DNA of 64,000 nucleotides. It comes from Desulfobacterales bacterium (GTDB taxonomy: Bacteria > Desulfobacterota > Desulfobacteria > Desulfobacterales > UBA5852). Each line of letters opens with the position of its first letter. Position 1 is the first letter of the stretch. The position numbers and the translations under genes were made by a program. Where the stretch lies: assembly GCA_963674755.2 (NCBI GenBank), contig CAXXVS010000003.1, positions 640,001 to 704,000 on the forward strand, read 5' to 3'. Shown here piece by piece: positions 1 through 11,378 of this stretch. The notes beneath the pieces are model-generated. The model ran no database searches, was not told where the DNA came from, and worked only from the letters and a program-made list of their open reading frames with translations.

Positions 1-1068
1 GGGCTCCCGGTCAAAGAGCTTCTTGACCCGTTCCTGCACAGCCGGCATGCGTGTCATGCCGCCCACCAGGATGACTTCGTCGATGTCACCGTTGGAAAGG
101 CCCGCATCTTTCATGGCCCGGCGGCAGGGGCCTTCCAGTCTGTCCAGAAGATCGGACACCAGCGCTTCCAGTTTGGCCCGGGTGAGCTTGATGTTCATGT
201 GCTTCGGGCCGCTGGCATCGGCGGTGATAAAAGGCAGATTGACCTCGGTCTCCACGGAGGAGGACAATTCCATTTTGGCTTTTTCGGCCGCCTCTTTGAG
301 GCGCTGGAGGGCCATCTTGTCCTTGCGGACATCGATGCCCTGGTCCTTGCGGAATTCATCGGCCAGGTAATCGATCAGGCGCAGGTCGAAATCCTCGCCG
401 CCCAGATGGGTGTCGCCGTTGGTGGCCTTGACTTCGAACACCCCTTCCCCGATTTCGAGTACCGAGATGTCGAAGGTGCCGCCGCCCAGGTCGAAAACGG
501 CGATTTTTTCTTCCGCCTTTTTGTCCAGACCATAGGCCAGGGAGGCCGCGGTGGGTTCGTTGATGATGCGCTGCACGTTCAGGCCGGCGATCTTGCCGGC
601 ATCCTTGGTGGCCTGGCGCTGGCTGTCGTTAAAATAGGCCGGTACGGTAATGACGGCATCGGTAACCGGTTCCCCCAGGTAATCCTCGGCCGTCTTCTTG
701 ATATTGGCCAGAATAAAGGAGGAGACCTCCGCCGGACTGTAACGTTTGTCCTTGAGCGCAATTCGCACATCACCGTTGCCGGCTTTTTCCATTTTGTAAG
801 GCAGGATCTTGATATCATCCTGGACTTCCTTGGAGTCGAATTTACGGCCGATCAGACGCTTGACGCCAAAAACCGTATGTTCGGGGTTGGTGACCGCCTG
901 GCGCTTGGCAATCTGTCCCACAAGGCGCTCGCCGCTGTCGTTGACGGCAACGATCGAAGGGGTGGTGCGCCCGCCTTCGGCATTGGTGATGACTTTGGCA
1001 TCCCCGCCCTCCATGACCGCCACACAGGAGTTGGTGGTGCCGAGATCAATTCCGATAATTTTGCCCAT
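1..1068 (-). CDS. dnaK: Chaperone DnaK (Hsp70), 5' part; runs off the window edge
   Basis: Not in the ORF track. Reverse strand from ATG at 1068 reads [22 protein letters not shown]...[10 protein letters not shown]...[19 protein letters not shown] upstream; follows grpE. Confidence 0.97.
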   Translation of the reverse strand, partial: MGKIIGIDLGTTNSCVAVMEGGDAKVITNAEGGRTTPSIVAVNDSGERLVGQIAKRQAVTNPEHTVFGVKRLIGRKFDSKEVQDDIKILPYKMEKAGNGDVRIALKDKRYSPAEVSSFILANIKKTAEDYLGEPVTDAVITVPAYFNDSQRQATKDAGKIAGLNVQRIINEPTAASLAYGLDKKAEEKIAVFDLGGGTFDISVLEIGEGVFEVKATNGDTHLGGEDFDLRLIDYLADEFRKDQGIDVRKDKMALQRLKEAAEKAKMELSSSVETEVNLPFITADASGPKHMNIKLTRAKLEALVSDLLDRLEGPCRRAMKDAGLSNGDIDEVILVGGMTRMPAVQERVKKLFDREP

Positions 1069-1150
1069 GTTGATGATCCTCCTTGAAGGTCGAATAATAT
1101 TTTATCTAAATCGATGATCAGGTATGTGTGCCTATTGAGCTTGATGGAAG

Positions 1151-1786
1151 CTAAGCGCTCTCGGTGGAAACCACAACCATGGCCGGGCGCAATAGGCGGT
1201 CGCGCAGCAGATACCCTTTCTGCAGTTCCTGGATAACGGTATTGGCCGGAAAGGCGTCGCTGGGTTGTTGCATGACGGCTTCGTGGTGGTTGGGGTCGAA
1301 CGGCTGTTCGAGGGCCTCGATGGGGGTTACCCCAAACTGATTGAAGATTTTGAGCAGCTCCCTCAGGGTCATTTCGACGCCTTCCATGAGGGCTTCGGGG
1401 TGGCCGCTCTCCCGGGCCGAAACCAGAGCTCGTTCCAGGTTGTCCACCACCCCCAGCAACTCCCGCAAAAGGGCCTGATTGGCGTATTTGCGCAAGTCGC
1501 TGATTTCCCGTTCCTTGCGTTTGCGAAAATTGTCCAGTTCGGCGGCGGCCCGCAGGAAGCGCTCGTGACTTTCCTGAACCTGCTGTTCGGCGGCCAACAG
1601 CTTTTCTTCAAGCGTCGCCGCCGTCACCGTATTGTCATCGGCTGGGTCTGATGAAGCGTCCACGGGTTTATCCTTGGGAGGTATTGATTGGGATTTTGTT
1701 TCCTGGGGGTCCGAAGAGGGGGTCGGCGTGTCCGCGGAAGAGGATTCGGTTTCGGCCACGTTAGCCATCATCTCTTTTTCGGTCAT
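1151..1786 (-). CDS. grpE: Nucleotide exchange factor GrpE
   Basis: RAAAELDNFRKR, FDPNHHEAV and QKGYLLRDRLLRPAMVVVS motifs; start moved to ATG 1786 (GGAG upstream). Confidence 0.95.
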   Translation of the reverse strand: MTEKEMMANVAETESSSADTPTPSSDPQETKSQSIPPKDKPVDASSDPADDNTVTAATLEEKLLAAEQQVQESHERFLRAAAELDNFRKRKEREISDLRKYANQALLRELLGVVDNLERALVSARESGHPEALMEGVEMTLRELLKIFNQFGVTPIEALEQPFDPNHHEAVMQQPSDAFPANTVIQELQKGYLLRDRLLRPAMVVVSTESA

Positions 1787-1932
1787 AACTCCGCTGCATC
1801 TCCTTGCTCTATTCTCCCGATGGTTGCTTTCGGGGGGGTGGCGCGGGCTTTCCGGTCTTGCAGCCCTAAACAAGCACCGCTTCCGGAACCCGGAAGCGGC
1901 AATCTTTTAGACCGGATGCGATCAACGCTTAA

Positions 1933-1960
1933 ATATTAAGACGCGATGATGCGATGTCAA
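1933..1960 (-). promoter_or_regulatory. Putative sigma-70 promoter for grpE-dnaK
   Basis: Reverse strand TTGACA-16 nt-TAATAT. Confidence 0.55.
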
Positions 1961-2069
1961 GACGATAAGCCTGCGAGTAACGGGGGTTTAGGCGGGATGG
2001 AGGGGGTGCGGCGGAGTTCGTCGGAGTGGGCCCGGTGAGGGGTCTTCAGGTGGTATGGCGCACCGGGAA

Positions 2070-2163
2070 GGCCGGAAATCCCGCGACACAGCCAGCCTTA
2101 CTTATCGCTGCTTCCTTCCGGATCTGACGAGGTTCGTAAGCGTCTGTTGCGCGGGGTCCGGCC
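2070..2163 (-). ncRNA. ffs: Signal recognition particle RNA (4.5S)
   Basis: Reverse strand holds the conserved domain IV core GTCAGATCCGGAAGGAAGCAGC inside a long hairpin closed by GGCCGGA...TCCGGCC. Confidence 0.95.
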
Positions 2164-2229
2164 ACAAGATGACGGTGCCCGGCAGGAAGCGATCCAAGCG
2201 GGCCGCTTTCCAAGTGATAAACCGATGAC

Positions 2230-2258
2230 AGTATCAACAACTCAGGAGCAGATTGCAA
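2230..2258 (-). promoter_or_regulatory. Putative sigma-70 promoter of ffs
   Basis: Reverse strand TTGCAA-17 nt-GATACT. Confidence 0.6.
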
Positions 2259-2380
2259 GGAAAAAGTAGACCCACGGCGGTCAATTGGAGTTGACTTATC
2301 GTCTTGCACGCCCCTATCAGAGCCAAGGGGCGTATGGGGGCCATAAGGCGACGACCCATTGCAAAGGATTTACAGGGACA

Positions 2381-3877
2381 ATGAAAACGCCAAACGACCC
2401 AGGCAACGATCCACTGGTCCAGACGGTTGAGCAGACCCTGGTGGGATGCCGTATGGTGCAACCGGGCGACCGGGTTCTGGTGGGGTTTTCCGGCGGTCCG
2501 GATTCGACGGCCACCCTGTTGTGCTTGTATCATTTGGCGACCAAGTACGCCCTTACGCTGGGCGCCGCCCACCTGAACCACGCCCTGCGGGGCGATCGTG
2601 CCGTAGCGGATGCGCGGCACGCGGCCGAGGCCGCCACCGCCCTGGGCATCCCCTGTGTCGTGGAAACCCATTCGGTGGAAGCTTTCCGCAAGGCCCACCG
2701 TATGAGCATCGAGGAGGCGGCGCGGGAGGTGCGTTACCGTTTTCTAGCGCGCACCGCCCTGGCAGGGGGATACACCCGGATCGCCCTGGGCCATCACCGG
2801 GACGACGAGGCTGAATCCATGCTGATGCGCCTGCTGCGCGGCAGTGGTCCGCTGGGGCTGGCCGGCATTGCGCCGCTGCGCCAGGTGCCGGGCAGCCCCC
2901 TCACGGTGATCCGGCCCCTGATTCGCGTGTCCCGGTCCGCGATCATGGCCTTTTTACGACGCCGTCAGGTGGCCTTTGTGCAGGATGAGAGCAATACCGA
3001 CGTGCGCCTGCTGCGCAACCGCATTCGCCATGAGCTGCTACCGTTGCTGACCCGCGATTATAATCCGGCCCTGGCGGAAGGATTGAGCCGTCTGGCCCGG
3101 CTGCTGCGGGACGAGGAGGATTGGCTGGGGGAGATCGCCCGGGAGACCCTCGCGTCTCTGACCCTTGCCGACCATGGCACCCTGCTGGTGCTGGACCGCC
3201 GACGCCTGACAGCCTGCCCGCCCGCATTGCAGCGCCGCGTGCTGCGTGCCGCCGTGGCCCGGTGCAAGGGCAGCCTCCGGCGTGTGGGCTTCGCTCCGTT
3301 GGAGGCCGCCCGTAAATTGGCGGTCCAGGGTCCCCGCCAGGGGGCCTGCGACCTGCCGGACGGCCTGGTGGTGAGGGGCCGCGGCCGGCGGCTCGAAGTG
3401 CAGCGCCGGTCTTATCGGAGGGGTGTGGGGCGCCGGTCGGACCCCGCGGCCCCGCCAACCGAATTTGCGTATCAGGTATCCGCCATGGGATCGTATGCCA
3501 TTCACCCCTCAGGGCTGACCATGACCTTCTCCCTGCCGGCGTCCGGGCCGGATAGGCCCGTGCACCAAACTGGACAGAAAACCGCCTTCTTTGATATGGA
3601 TCAGTTGCGCCTTCCCTTGCTGGTTCGCAATTTCCGACCGGGCGACCGTATGGCCCCCCTGGGACTGAAAGGTACCCAGAAGGTCAAGAAAATATTGATC
3701 GACCGCAAAATTCCGCGCGAAGACCGACCGCGCTATCCGCTGCTTCTGTGCGGCGATCAGATCCTCTGGATCGTCGGTCTGCGACAAAGTGAAATCGCCA
3801 AAATCGGATCGCACACCCGGCGCTGGCTTAAAGTCGACGTGACGGGTTGCCTGGGCCGAGATGATGGTTATTTTTAG
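2381..3877 (+). CDS. tilS: tRNA(Ile)-lysidine synthetase
   Basis: SGGPDS PP-loop, HLNHALRG, AREVRY, GHHRDD, RNRIRH and TilS C-terminal domain; upstream of ftsH. Confidence 0.95.
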   Translation: MKTPNDPGNDPLVQTVEQTLVGCRMVQPGDRVLVGFSGGPDSTATLLCLYHLATKYALTLGAAHLNHALRGDRAVADARHAAEAATALGIPCVVETHSVEAFRKAHRMSIEEAAREVRYRFLARTALAGGYTRIALGHHRDDEAESMLMRLLRGSGPLGLAGIAPLRQVPGSPLTVIRPLIRVSRSAIMAFLRRRQVAFVQDESNTDVRLLRNRIRHELLPLLTRDYNPALAEGLSRLARLLRDEEDWLGEIARETLASLTLADHGTLLVLDRRRLTACPPALQRRVLRAAVARCKGSLRRVGFAPLEAARKLAVQGPRQGACDLPDGLVVRGRGRRLEVQRRSYRRGVGRRSDPAAPPTEFAYQVSAMGSYAIHPSGLTMTFSLPASGPDRPVHQTGQKTAFFDMDQLRLPLLVRNFRPGDRMAPLGLKGTQKVKKILIDRKIPREDRPRYPLLLCGDQILWIVGLRQSEIAKIGSHTRRWLKVDVTGCLGRDDGYF

Positions 3878-3922
3878 TCGATTTAAAGCCTTAGACACTC
3901 TAATCGCAGGAGGAAACAGCAT

Positions 3923-5875
3923 TTGAATCCATTTTATAAAAATCTGTCACTCTGGATCGTCATTACATTGATGTTCGTAATGCTCTACCAGATATTCAGC
4001 GAGCAGCGGCATGCCGAAACGCCGGTCAGTTATTCCGAATTCCTGGCGATGGTGGCCGACGAACGGGTGGATGAAGTGACCATCCAAGGTCAGGAATTGA
4101 CGGTCAAAGACACCAAGGGTGACCGATTCAAGGTTTATGCCCCGGAGGATCCGGACCTGATCAAAACCCTGCGGGCCAAAAACGTCCATATCACCGCCAA
4201 ACCGCCGGCCGAGTCCCCCTGGTACATGTCGGTCCTGGTCTCCTGGTTTCCCATGCTCATCCTGATCGGCGTGTGGATCTTTTTCATGCGACAGATGCAG
4301 TCCGGCGGCGGCAAGGCCATGAGTTTCGGTAAAAGCCGGGCACGGCTGCTTTCCGACCAGTCCGCCAAGGTGACCTTCGATGATGTGGCCGGTATCGACG
4401 AGGCCAAGGAGGAGCTCGGCGAGATCGTGGAATTCCTGCGTGATCCCAAAAAATTCACGCGCCTGGGGGGGCGCATTCCCAAAGGCGTGCTCCTGATGGG
4501 GCCTCCCGGAACCGGCAAGACCTTGCTGGCGCGCGCCATCGCCGGTGAGGCCGGTGTGCCCTTTTTTTCCATCAGCGGCTCGGACTTCGTTGAAATGTTT
4601 GTGGGCGTGGGGGCCAGCCGGGTGCGTGATCTGTTTGTCCAGGGGAAGAAGAACGCCCCCTGCATCATTTTCATCGATGAAATCGATGCGGTCGGACGCC
4701 ACCGGGGGGCCGGTCTGGGCGGCGGCCACGACGAGCGGGAACAGACCTTGAACCAACTGCTTGTGGAGATGGACGGGTTCGAATCCAACGAAGGGGTGAT
4801 TCTGATTTCGGCCACCAACCGTCCCGATGTGCTCGACCCGGCCCTGCTGCGGCCCGGACGGTTCGACCGCCAGGTGGTGGTCTCCCTGCCGGACATCAAG
4901 GGACGCGAAAAAATCCTGCGGGTTCATATGAAGAAAACGCCCATCGATACCGATGTCAATCCGCTGGTCCTGGCCAAGGGCACGCCGGGTTTTTCCGGGG
5001 CCGATCTGGAAAACCTGGTCAACGAAGCCGCCCTGCTGGCCGCCAAGCAGGATAAGGAGCGGGTGGCCATGGCGGATTTCGAAGAAGCCAAAGACAAGGT
5101 CTATATGGGGCTGGAGCGCAAATCCAAGGTGATCTCGGAGGAGGACAAGAAAACCACGGCCTATCACGAAGGCGGACATGCCCTGGTGGCCCGTTTCCTG
5201 CCCTATACCGACGCGGTCAATAAGGTAACCATCATCCCGCGCGGCCGGGCGGCCGGTGTCACCTGGTTCCTGCCCGAAGAGCGCGATTTCAAATACAAGG
5301 ACCAGCTGCAGAGCGAACTCTCAGTGGCTTACGGCGGCCGGGTCGCCGAAGAATTGATCTTCGACCGCATCAGCACCGGCGCCGCCGGTGACATCAAGCA
5401 GGCCACGGACCTGGCGGAGCGCATGGTGCGCTCCTGGGGCATGAGCGATCTTGGCCCCCTGTCCTACGCCAAGGGTGAAGAACAGATCTTCCTGGGCCGC
5501 GAAATCGCCCAGCACCGGGATTTTTCCGAAGCCACGGCCCGGCGCATCGATGACGAGATTGCCAAGTTCATCAACGGGGCCTATGAGCGGGCCAAATCCG
5601 TGCTTAAGGAAAATATCGATATCCTTCACCGTTTGGCCGCCCTCCTGCTGGAAAAGGAGACGGTCATGGGGGATGAGCTGGATCGCCTGGTCCTGGAGAT
5701 GCGGCCCGGTTTTGATTTTCCCTCCAAACACGATCACGCCGCTCCCCAGGAGCCTGAACAACAGGAAGAAGAGGCGGATGAACCGGCGGCAACCGCCGAC
5801 ACCCCGGAGACAGCGGCGCCTGATGATGCCGCAACAGACACCCCTGACGACGCTCCGAAGGCTAAAGAGGAATGA
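3923..5875 (+). CDS. ftsH: ATP-dependent zinc metalloprotease FtsH
   Basis: Two TM helices, [21 protein letters not shown] zinc motif; AGGAGG RBS with TTG start. Confidence 0.98.
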   Translation: MNPFYKNLSLWIVITLMFVMLYQIFSEQRHAETPVSYSEFLAMVADERVDEVTIQGQELTVKDTKGDRFKVYAPEDPDLIKTLRAKNVHITAKPPAESPWYMSVLVSWFPMLILIGVWIFFMRQMQSGGGKAMSFGKSRARLLSDQSAKVTFDDVAGIDEAKEELGEIVEFLRDPKKFTRLGGRIPKGVLLMGPPGTGKTLLARAIAGEAGVPFFSISGSDFVEMFVGVGASRVRDLFVQGKKNAPCIIFIDEIDAVGRHRGAGLGGGHDEREQTLNQLLVEMDGFESNEGVILISATNRPDVLDPALLRPGRFDRQVVVSLPDIKGREKILRVHMKKTPIDTDVNPLVLAKGTPGFSGADLENLVNEAALLAAKQDKERVAMADFEEAKDKVYMGLERKSKVISEEDKKTTAYHEGGHALVARFLPYTDAVNKVTIIPRGRAAGVTWFLPEERDFKYKDQLQSELSVAYGGRVAEELIFDRISTGAAGDIKQATDLAERMVRSWGMSDLGPLSYAKGEEQIFLGREIAQHRDFSEATARRIDDEIAKFINGAYERAKSVLKENIDILHRLAALLLEKETVMGDELDRLVLEMRPGFDFPSKHDHAAPQEPEQQEEEADEPAATADTPETAAPDDAATDTPDDAPKAKEE

Positions 5876-6774
5876 AACGCTATGATCTGACGTGGGGTGA
5901 TCATCGGTTGGTCCTGGGGTCGCGCACCCTGGTGATGGGGATCGTGAACGTGACTCCGGATTCTTTTTCCGACGGCGGACGGTTTCTGGGGCGTGAAGCG
6001 GCCATTGACCACGGAAACCGTTTGCTGGACGAAGGCGCCGACATTCTTGACATCGGCGGCGAGTCCACGCGGCCGGGTTCCGATCCGGTGCCGGTGGAAG
6101 AAGAGCTCCGACGGGTTTTACCTGTGATCGAAGCCCTGGCGCGCCGCACCACGGTTCCGATTTCCATCGATACCACCAAAGCCGAGGTGGCCCGTCAGGC
6201 CCTGGAAGCCGGAGCGTGCATTATCAACGACATCGGCGCCCTGCGGGTGGATCCGGCCCTGGCGCCGCTGGCGGCACGCTACGATGTGCCCGTCATCCTG
6301 ATGCACATGCTGGGTACACCCAAAACCATGCAGAAGGATCCGCACTACGATGATGTGGTCGTCGAGGTCTGCGCTTTTCTGCGGGAGGCGGCCGCACATG
6401 CCCTTCAGGCCGGCATCCATGCGCACCGCATCATCGTCGACCCAGGCATCGGCTTCGGCAAAACCTTAGATCACAACCTGCAGCTGTTGCAGCGCCTGGA
6501 GGCGCTCAGCGAATTGGGCTTTCCTGTTCTGGTGGGCGCTTCCCGCAAGGCTTTTATCCGCCACCTCCTGAAGCCCGCCGGCAAGGCCGATATCCCGGCC
6601 GATTTACCGCTGGTGGCGGCCGGTACCCAAGCCACCGTGGCCGCCAGTGCTCTGAACGGCGCCCATATCGTTCGGGTGCACGATGTCGCCGATACCCGCG
6701 TCACGTTGAAAATCATCGATGCCATCCGCAACGCGGGCGCCGGGAGCGCCCACGTTGCCAAAGGAGCGTCTTGA
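5872..6774 (+). CDS. folP: Dihydropteroate synthase
   Basis: [38 protein letters not shown]. Confidence 0.97.
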   Translation: MKRYDLTWGDHRLVLGSRTLVMGIVNVTPDSFSDGGRFLGREAAIDHGNRLLDEGADILDIGGESTRPGSDPVPVEEELRRVLPVIEALARRTTVPISIDTTKAEVARQALEAGACIINDIGALRVDPALAPLAARYDVPVILMHMLGTPKTMQKDPHYDDVVVEVCAFLREAAAHALQAGIHAHRIIVDPGIGFGKTLDHNLQLLQRLEALSELGFPVLVGASRKAFIRHLLKPAGKADIPADLPLVAAGTQATVAASALNGAHIVRVHDVADTRVTLKIIDAIRNAGAGSAHVAKGAS

Positions 6775-6778
6775 CACC

Positions 6779-7549
6779 ATGATCTTCGTTATCGATGTGG
6801 GCAACACCAATACGGTGCTGGGCATCTATGAAGGGGAGACCCTGGTCCGTGACTGGCGGGTTCGCACCGAACAGAATGTCACGGAAGACGAATTCAATGT
6901 GTTGGTGACCAATCTGTTGAATTTGAACCGGATTGATCCCGGGGCCATCGCTAAAACCGTGATATCCTGCGTCGTGCCGCCTATGGTGACGATCCTGGAA
7001 TCTTTTTGCCGCAAGTACCTGGGGCATGCCCCCCAGTGGGTGGATCCCCGCACTTGCGGCCACATGCCGATCCTTTATCACAATCCCGCGGAAGTGGGGG
7101 CCGATCGTATTGTGAATGCGGTGGGTGCCTACCACCGTTATCGGACCGCGCTGGTGATTATCGATTTTGGTACGGCGACCACCTTTGACGCCATTTCCGA
7201 AAAAGGCGAGTATCTGGGCGGGGCCATCAGTCCCGGCATCCACATCGCCTCCGAGGCCCTTTTTCAGAAGGCCTCCAAACTGCCCCGGGTGGACCTCTTC
7301 CGGCCGCCACCGGTGGTGATCGGCAAAGACACGGCCACCTCGATCCAGGCGGGCATCATTTTCGGCTATGCCGGGTTGGTGGACGGCGTGGTGCGGCGCA
7401 TGGCCCGTGAAATGGGCGGCCAGCCGAAGGTGATAGCCACCGGCGGTCTGGCGCCGTTGATGCAGCATGTGGCCGAAACCATCGAAGAGGTCGATACAAC
7501 CCTGACGCTGGAGGGACTGCGCATTATCAGCGCTTCCACGGATGGCTGA
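6779..7549 (+). CDS. coaX: Type III pantothenate kinase
   Basis: IDVGNTN, GADR, DFGTATT, ATGG motifs; start at ATG 6779. Confidence 0.95.
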   Translation: MIFVIDVGNTNTVLGIYEGETLVRDWRVRTEQNVTEDEFNVLVTNLLNLNRIDPGAIAKTVISCVVPPMVTILESFCRKYLGHAPQWVDPRTCGHMPILYHNPAEVGADRIVNAVGAYHRYRTALVIIDFGTATTFDAISEKGEYLGGAISPGIHIASEALFQKASKLPRVDLFRPPPVVIGKDTATSIQAGIIFGYAGLVDGVVRRMAREMGGQPKVIATGGLAPLMQHVAETIEEVDTTLTLEGLRIISASTDG

Positions 7550-7699
7550 CCACCGGAGTCGACGGTCCTTAGACTGAGCGCCCTCTGCCTGCAGCGGCCA
7601 ACAACCTGAGAGATACGACCCCCCGGAGGGGCGCTCGATCCTTCCTGTGGCAGAACACCATGATCAAGGGAAAGTACTGTGGCTGAGGAGAGGGCCAGC

Positions 7700-8263
7700 A
7701 TGCCGACACGATGCGCCTGGGTGACCCGGGATCCTGACTATATCGCCTACCATGACGAAGAATGGGGCGTTCCGGTGCATGATGACCGCCGCCTGTTTGA
7801 ATTTCTTGTTCTAGAAGGCGCCCAGGCCGGCTTGAGCTGGCTGACCATCCTGAAAAAAAGGCCTCATTACCGGCGGGCCATGGATGCCTTCGACCCGGTC
7901 CTTGTCGCCCGTTATGATGACCGCCGCCTTGCCAGCCTGATGCAGGATCCGGGGCTGGTGCGCAACCGGCGCAAACTCGAAGCCGTCGTTACCAACGCCC
8001 GCTCTTTTTTGGCGGTGCAGGTGCAATACGGCAGTTTTGATCGCTATTTATGGCAGTTTGTCGATGGCCGGCCGCGGCAGAACCGTTGGCGCTCCGTGGC
8101 GGACATTCCGGCGGCGACGCCGGAATCCGAGGCCCTGAGCCGTGATCTGAAACAGAAAGGCTTCAAATTCGTGGGGCCGGTCATTTGCTATTCGTTGATG
8201 CAGGCCGTAGGAATGGTGAACGACCATACCGTGGATTGTTTCCGCTACAGGGAAGTCGGATAA
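7700..8263 (+). CDS. tag: DNA-3-methyladenine glycosylase I
   Basis: YHDEEWG, LEGAQAGLSW, NDHTVDC; start may instead be GTG 7679. Confidence 0.93.
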   Translation: MPTRCAWVTRDPDYIAYHDEEWGVPVHDDRRLFEFLVLEGAQAGLSWLTILKKRPHYRRAMDAFDPVLVARYDDRRLASLMQDPGLVRNRRKLEAVVTNARSFLAVQVQYGSFDRYLWQFVDGRPRQNRWRSVADIPAATPESEALSRDLKQKGFKFVGPVICYSLMQAVGMVNDHTVDCFRYREVG

Positions 8264-8296
8264 TCCGGCGGAGGACAAAGGGCGCCGGCGTTACGA

Positions 8297-9256
8297 TCAG
8301 TAGTGCTCCGTTTCCTGCAAATACCCGATAAACCCCTGGATACTGTTGCGCAAGAACCCCTCTTCCCGGCGCTGTTCAGAAACAGGCAGGGCCCGATAAC
8401 CTCCCAGGCGGACATCTTCCCCCAAGAGACGCTCCAGGCAAGCCTTGCATGGATCATGCAATTCCCCTTCAGACAGGACCCCGCCAATGATGGACTGCCA
8501 TAGTAGCAGTTGTTCAGCATGGGATTCCAACCGCTTTTTCGCACCCGTATAAACGCCGAAATGACTGTAGGCAATTTTGCGAGGAGCCACGGCCCGCAAT
8601 CGGTCAATGCTGTTCAGCGTGGTGTCGAGGAAAAAGCGTGGGGGCGTGGCTGGCCGCAGATACAATTGGCTGTTAACGGTCGGAAGGCACACGCCTCCGG
8701 CCTCGCCCGCAAACAGAATATCGCCCACGCGATAGCTGATATGGTGAGGCGCGTGGCCGGGCGTGGGGATCGGCTGGATCAGGGGATCATCCAGTGCCGC
8801 GGCATCCATGATGCGGTCCGGCGGCACGGCCTGGATTTCTCCATACCCCTGCGCGGTGGCGCCCAGTGTCTGCAAAGCCCCTTTCCAAAGCCGTTCCGGC
8901 TGCACTAGGTGCAGCAACCCTTTGGGATGCCCTACAATCCGGGCCTTCGGGAAGGCTTCGGTTATCTGCCCCGCGCCGCCGGCGTGATCGATATGGACAT
9001 GGGTCATCAGTAGATATTCAAGATGACGAACCCCGATATTCTCCAGAGCCTGTAATAGCGCAGCACTGGTGGATGATGGACCTGCATCGACCAGAAAAGC
9101 CGGTGGACCGGTATACAACCAGACGCCGAGAAAGCGGTCAAATCCGGGCAGGGGTGGCGTCAGAGCGATCAGGTAAAGCTTGTCATCGATAGCGGTTACG
9201 GTTGCGGAGGGTGCTGGCATAAGATCAATCGGCGGGTGCGGTGCGGGATGGTTCAA
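8297..9256 (-). CDS. MBL-fold metallo-hydrolase
   Basis: THVHIDHAGG and TPGHAPHH motifs. Confidence 0.88.
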   Translation of the reverse strand: MNHPAPHPPIDLMPAPSATVTAIDDKLYLIALTPPLPGFDRFLGVWLYTGPPAFLVDAGPSSTSAALLQALENIGVRHLEYLLMTHVHIDHAGGAGQITEAFPKARIVGHPKGLLHLVQPERLWKGALQTLGATAQGYGEIQAVPPDRIMDAAALDDPLIQPIPTPGHAPHHISYRVGDILFAGEAGGVCLPTVNSQLYLRPATPPRFFLDTTLNSIDRLRAVAPRKIAYSHFGVYTGAKKRLESHAEQLLLWQSIIGGVLSEGELHDPCKACLERLLGEDVRLGGYRALPVSEQRREEGFLRNSIQGFIGYLQETEHY

Positions 9257-9408
9257 CCATAAAAATCGTCTTCCAGGGCCTTCAGCTCTTCTTCCAGGCG
9301 CCGGCGTTCGTCTTCGGCCAGATCCTCGTTTCTGAGCCGCGCCTGCAGACCGGCCAACAGCATTTCGATGCGGTAGTCACTGCATCCGTAGCGGGATGGG
9401 GTCGGCAT
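9253..9408 (-). CDS. Small 51-aa hypothetical protein (below the ORF-track cutoff)
   Basis: MPTPSRYGCSDYRIEMLLAGLQARLRNEDLAEDERRRLEEELKALEDDFYG; start overlaps the upstream stop (TGATG) and stop overlaps the downstream TTG start (TTGA). Confidence 0.75.
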   Translation of the reverse strand: MPTPSRYGCSDYRIEMLLAGLQARLRNEDLAEDERRRLEEELKALEDDFYG

Positions 9409-10052
9409 CAAAACCCCCTTAAAAGCTTGGCGGATTCTCGGTAGATCCGGTAAAAGATATCGTTGTCGGTGATAGCGGAGCTGAGAATTTTGCCGAACTC
9501 GTTGATATTTTTCATGTTGATGATCATGTTGACGCTCTTGTTGAGGGCCAGCATGTGGTCCATGGTCCGGTAGCGGTTGCTGATCAGGCAGACGAAGATG
9601 GTGCGCCGGGTACTCATGGGCAGACGTTCTATGAAGAGCAACACACCATTGGTATCGGGATTGGTGGTGTCGAAAGATTCGTTGACCACAATAACGTTGT
9701 AGTTGTGATAGCGCATTTTTTTAAGGGCTTCACGGGTGTTGCTGACGGTGGTGATATGGTACTCCATCAACTCCAACACCGATGAAATTTTCTCCCTCAC
9801 GGCCGGGTCCGGTTCGCATATCAAAGCTGTCAGGGCATCTTCTTCAATGAAATCAAATGGTTTTTCGGATGCGTCATAGCGCTCGGCACCGGCTTTGTCT
9901 TCATCCGACGCAGGCGCTCCGGCCTTCTCCTGGGCCGCGATGGTGATCTTGCTTTTGCACTTGGGGCAGGCGGCCCGGATGCTTTTTCCGGCAGGAATTT
10001 TGTCGTCGGGAACATTGAAGCGGGCCTGGCAGGATTCGCAAACAACCTCCAT
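9408..10052 (-). CDS. Zinc-ribbon (MJ0042-type) plus receiver-like domain protein
   Basis: N-terminal CESC...CPKC finger followed by a CheY-like fold; GAGGAG RBS upstream of ATG 10052. Confidence 0.75.
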   Translation of the reverse strand: MEVVCESCQARFNVPDDKIPAGKSIRAACPKCKSKITIAAQEKAGAPASDEDKAGAERYDASEKPFDFIEEDALTALICEPDPAVREKISSVLELMEYHITTVSNTREALKKMRYHNYNVIVVNESFDTTNPDTNGVLLFIERLPMSTRRTIFVCLISNRYRTMDHMLALNKSVNMIINMKNINEFGKILSSAITDNDIFYRIYRESAKLLRGF

Positions 10053-10126
10053 CTTCCCTATCTCCTCTTTTTCATGCGTACGCCAAGCTGATCGCCTTGC
10101 GATGCCATGCACCGCACGAAGACCCC

Positions 10127-11299
10127 TTAGCGCCGGGGATTTTTGCGGTATTGGTGATCGATTTCAAGGCGATCGATATCGGTCGTGGATTCACCCCGGG
10201 CCGCCTTGACCATATCGATGCCGCGGCCGGCGATTCCCTTGCGCGACGCATAGGCCATGGCCGTTTCCTGGGTGACCAATCCCTGCTCATAGAGATGGAT
10301 GATAAACTCGTCAAAGGTGGACATGCCGAAGGCCGCCCCCTGCTGGATAATCTCATAGAAGGTTTTGCCTTCGCTTTCACCATTGAGGATGCTGTCCTTG
10401 ACGCGGATATTGCCGCGCAGCACCTCGAAGGCGGCCACCCGTCCCCCGCCGACCTTGGGCAACAGACGCTGCCCCACGATCCAGCGGATCGTATCCGCCA
10501 TGCGGATGCGGATCTGGTTTTCCTCTTCCGTCGAGAACATGCCCAGGATGCGGTTGATGGTTTGACCGGCGTCGACCGTATGCAGGGTAGAGAAGACCAG
10601 ATGCCCCGTTTCGGCCGCGCTCAACCCGATTTCCACCGTCTCCCGGTCACGCATTTCACCCACCAGAATCACTTTGGGGGCTTGGCGCAGGGCGGCCCGC
10701 AGGCCGCTGGCATAGCTGTCGAAATCCAGACCCAGTTCGCGTTGATTAAAGGTGCTTTTCTTGTGGGGATGGAGATATTCCACGGGATCTTCCAGAGTCA
10801 CCACATGCACCGATAGGTCTTCATTGATTTTGTCGAGAATCGCCGCCAGGGAGGTGGTTTTACCGGATCCGGTGGCGCCGGTGAAGAGCACGATGCCGTT
10901 TTTTTCCTTGGCGATGTCATAGAAGGATTCCGGCAGGTTCATGCTTTTGATGGTCGGCACTTTGGATTCCAATTTGCGGAGCACGATGGAATAATTGCCG
11001 GTCTGGGAAAAGATATTCACGCGGAAGCGCGCCTTGCCGGGCAGGCTGTGGGAAAGGTCGCAGGACCCCCTTTCCAGCAGATCCCGGGTAAGCCGGCGAT
11101 CTCCGTTGATAAGGTTCAAGGCCATGACTTCGGTCTGAAAAGGCGTCAGCTCTTTTAAGGGCGGACGCATTTCCACCGGCAGCAAAACGCCGGCACTTTC
11201 AACCTGGGGTGGTTTGCCAACCGTCAGATTGAGGTCGGAGACATTTTTATGGGAGTCGAGCATGCGTGTAAGGATGTGGTCGATCTCATTCTTGCGCAT
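10127..11299 (-). CDS. PilT/PilU-family type IV pilus ATPase
   Basis: GATGSGKTT, TLEDPVE, ALRQAPKVILVGEMRD, TGHLVFSTLHT. Confidence 0.93.
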   Translation of the reverse strand: MRKNEIDHILTRMLDSHKNVSDLNLTVGKPPQVESAGVLLPVEMRPPLKELTPFQTEVMALNLINGDRRLTRDLLERGSCDLSHSLPGKARFRVNIFSQTGNYSIVLRKLESKVPTIKSMNLPESFYDIAKEKNGIVLFTGATGSGKTTSLAAILDKINEDLSVHVVTLEDPVEYLHPHKKSTFNQRELGLDFDSYASGLRAALRQAPKVILVGEMRDRETVEIGLSAAETGHLVFSTLHTVDAGQTINRILGMFSTEEENQIRIRMADTIRWIVGQRLLPKVGGGRVAAFEVLRGNIRVKDSILNGESEGKTFYEIIQQGAAFGMSTFDEFIIHLYEQGLVTQETAMAYASRKGIAGRGIDMVKAARGESTTDIDRLEIDHQYRKNPRR

Positions 11300-11378
11300 C
11301 GGATGATCCTTTCCTCATCCTGTGATGGTAAGGCCGTCTTCCGGGTATGATGGGCGGCATGCTGCGGCCGTCGGCCGG

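Noticed and set aside
199..1086. 295-aa plus-strand ORF
   Set aside because: Antisense shadow of dnaK, which the track missed because it runs off the window.
1790..2040. CIRCE element upstream of grpE
   Set aside because: No TTAGCACTC-N9-GAGTGCTAA match.
3947..5179. Long antisense ORFs, also at 17496-18917, 27993-29912, 42390-44069 and 44982-46892
   Set aside because: They lie opposite well-supported genes, have no motifs, and are expected from high-GC codon bias.
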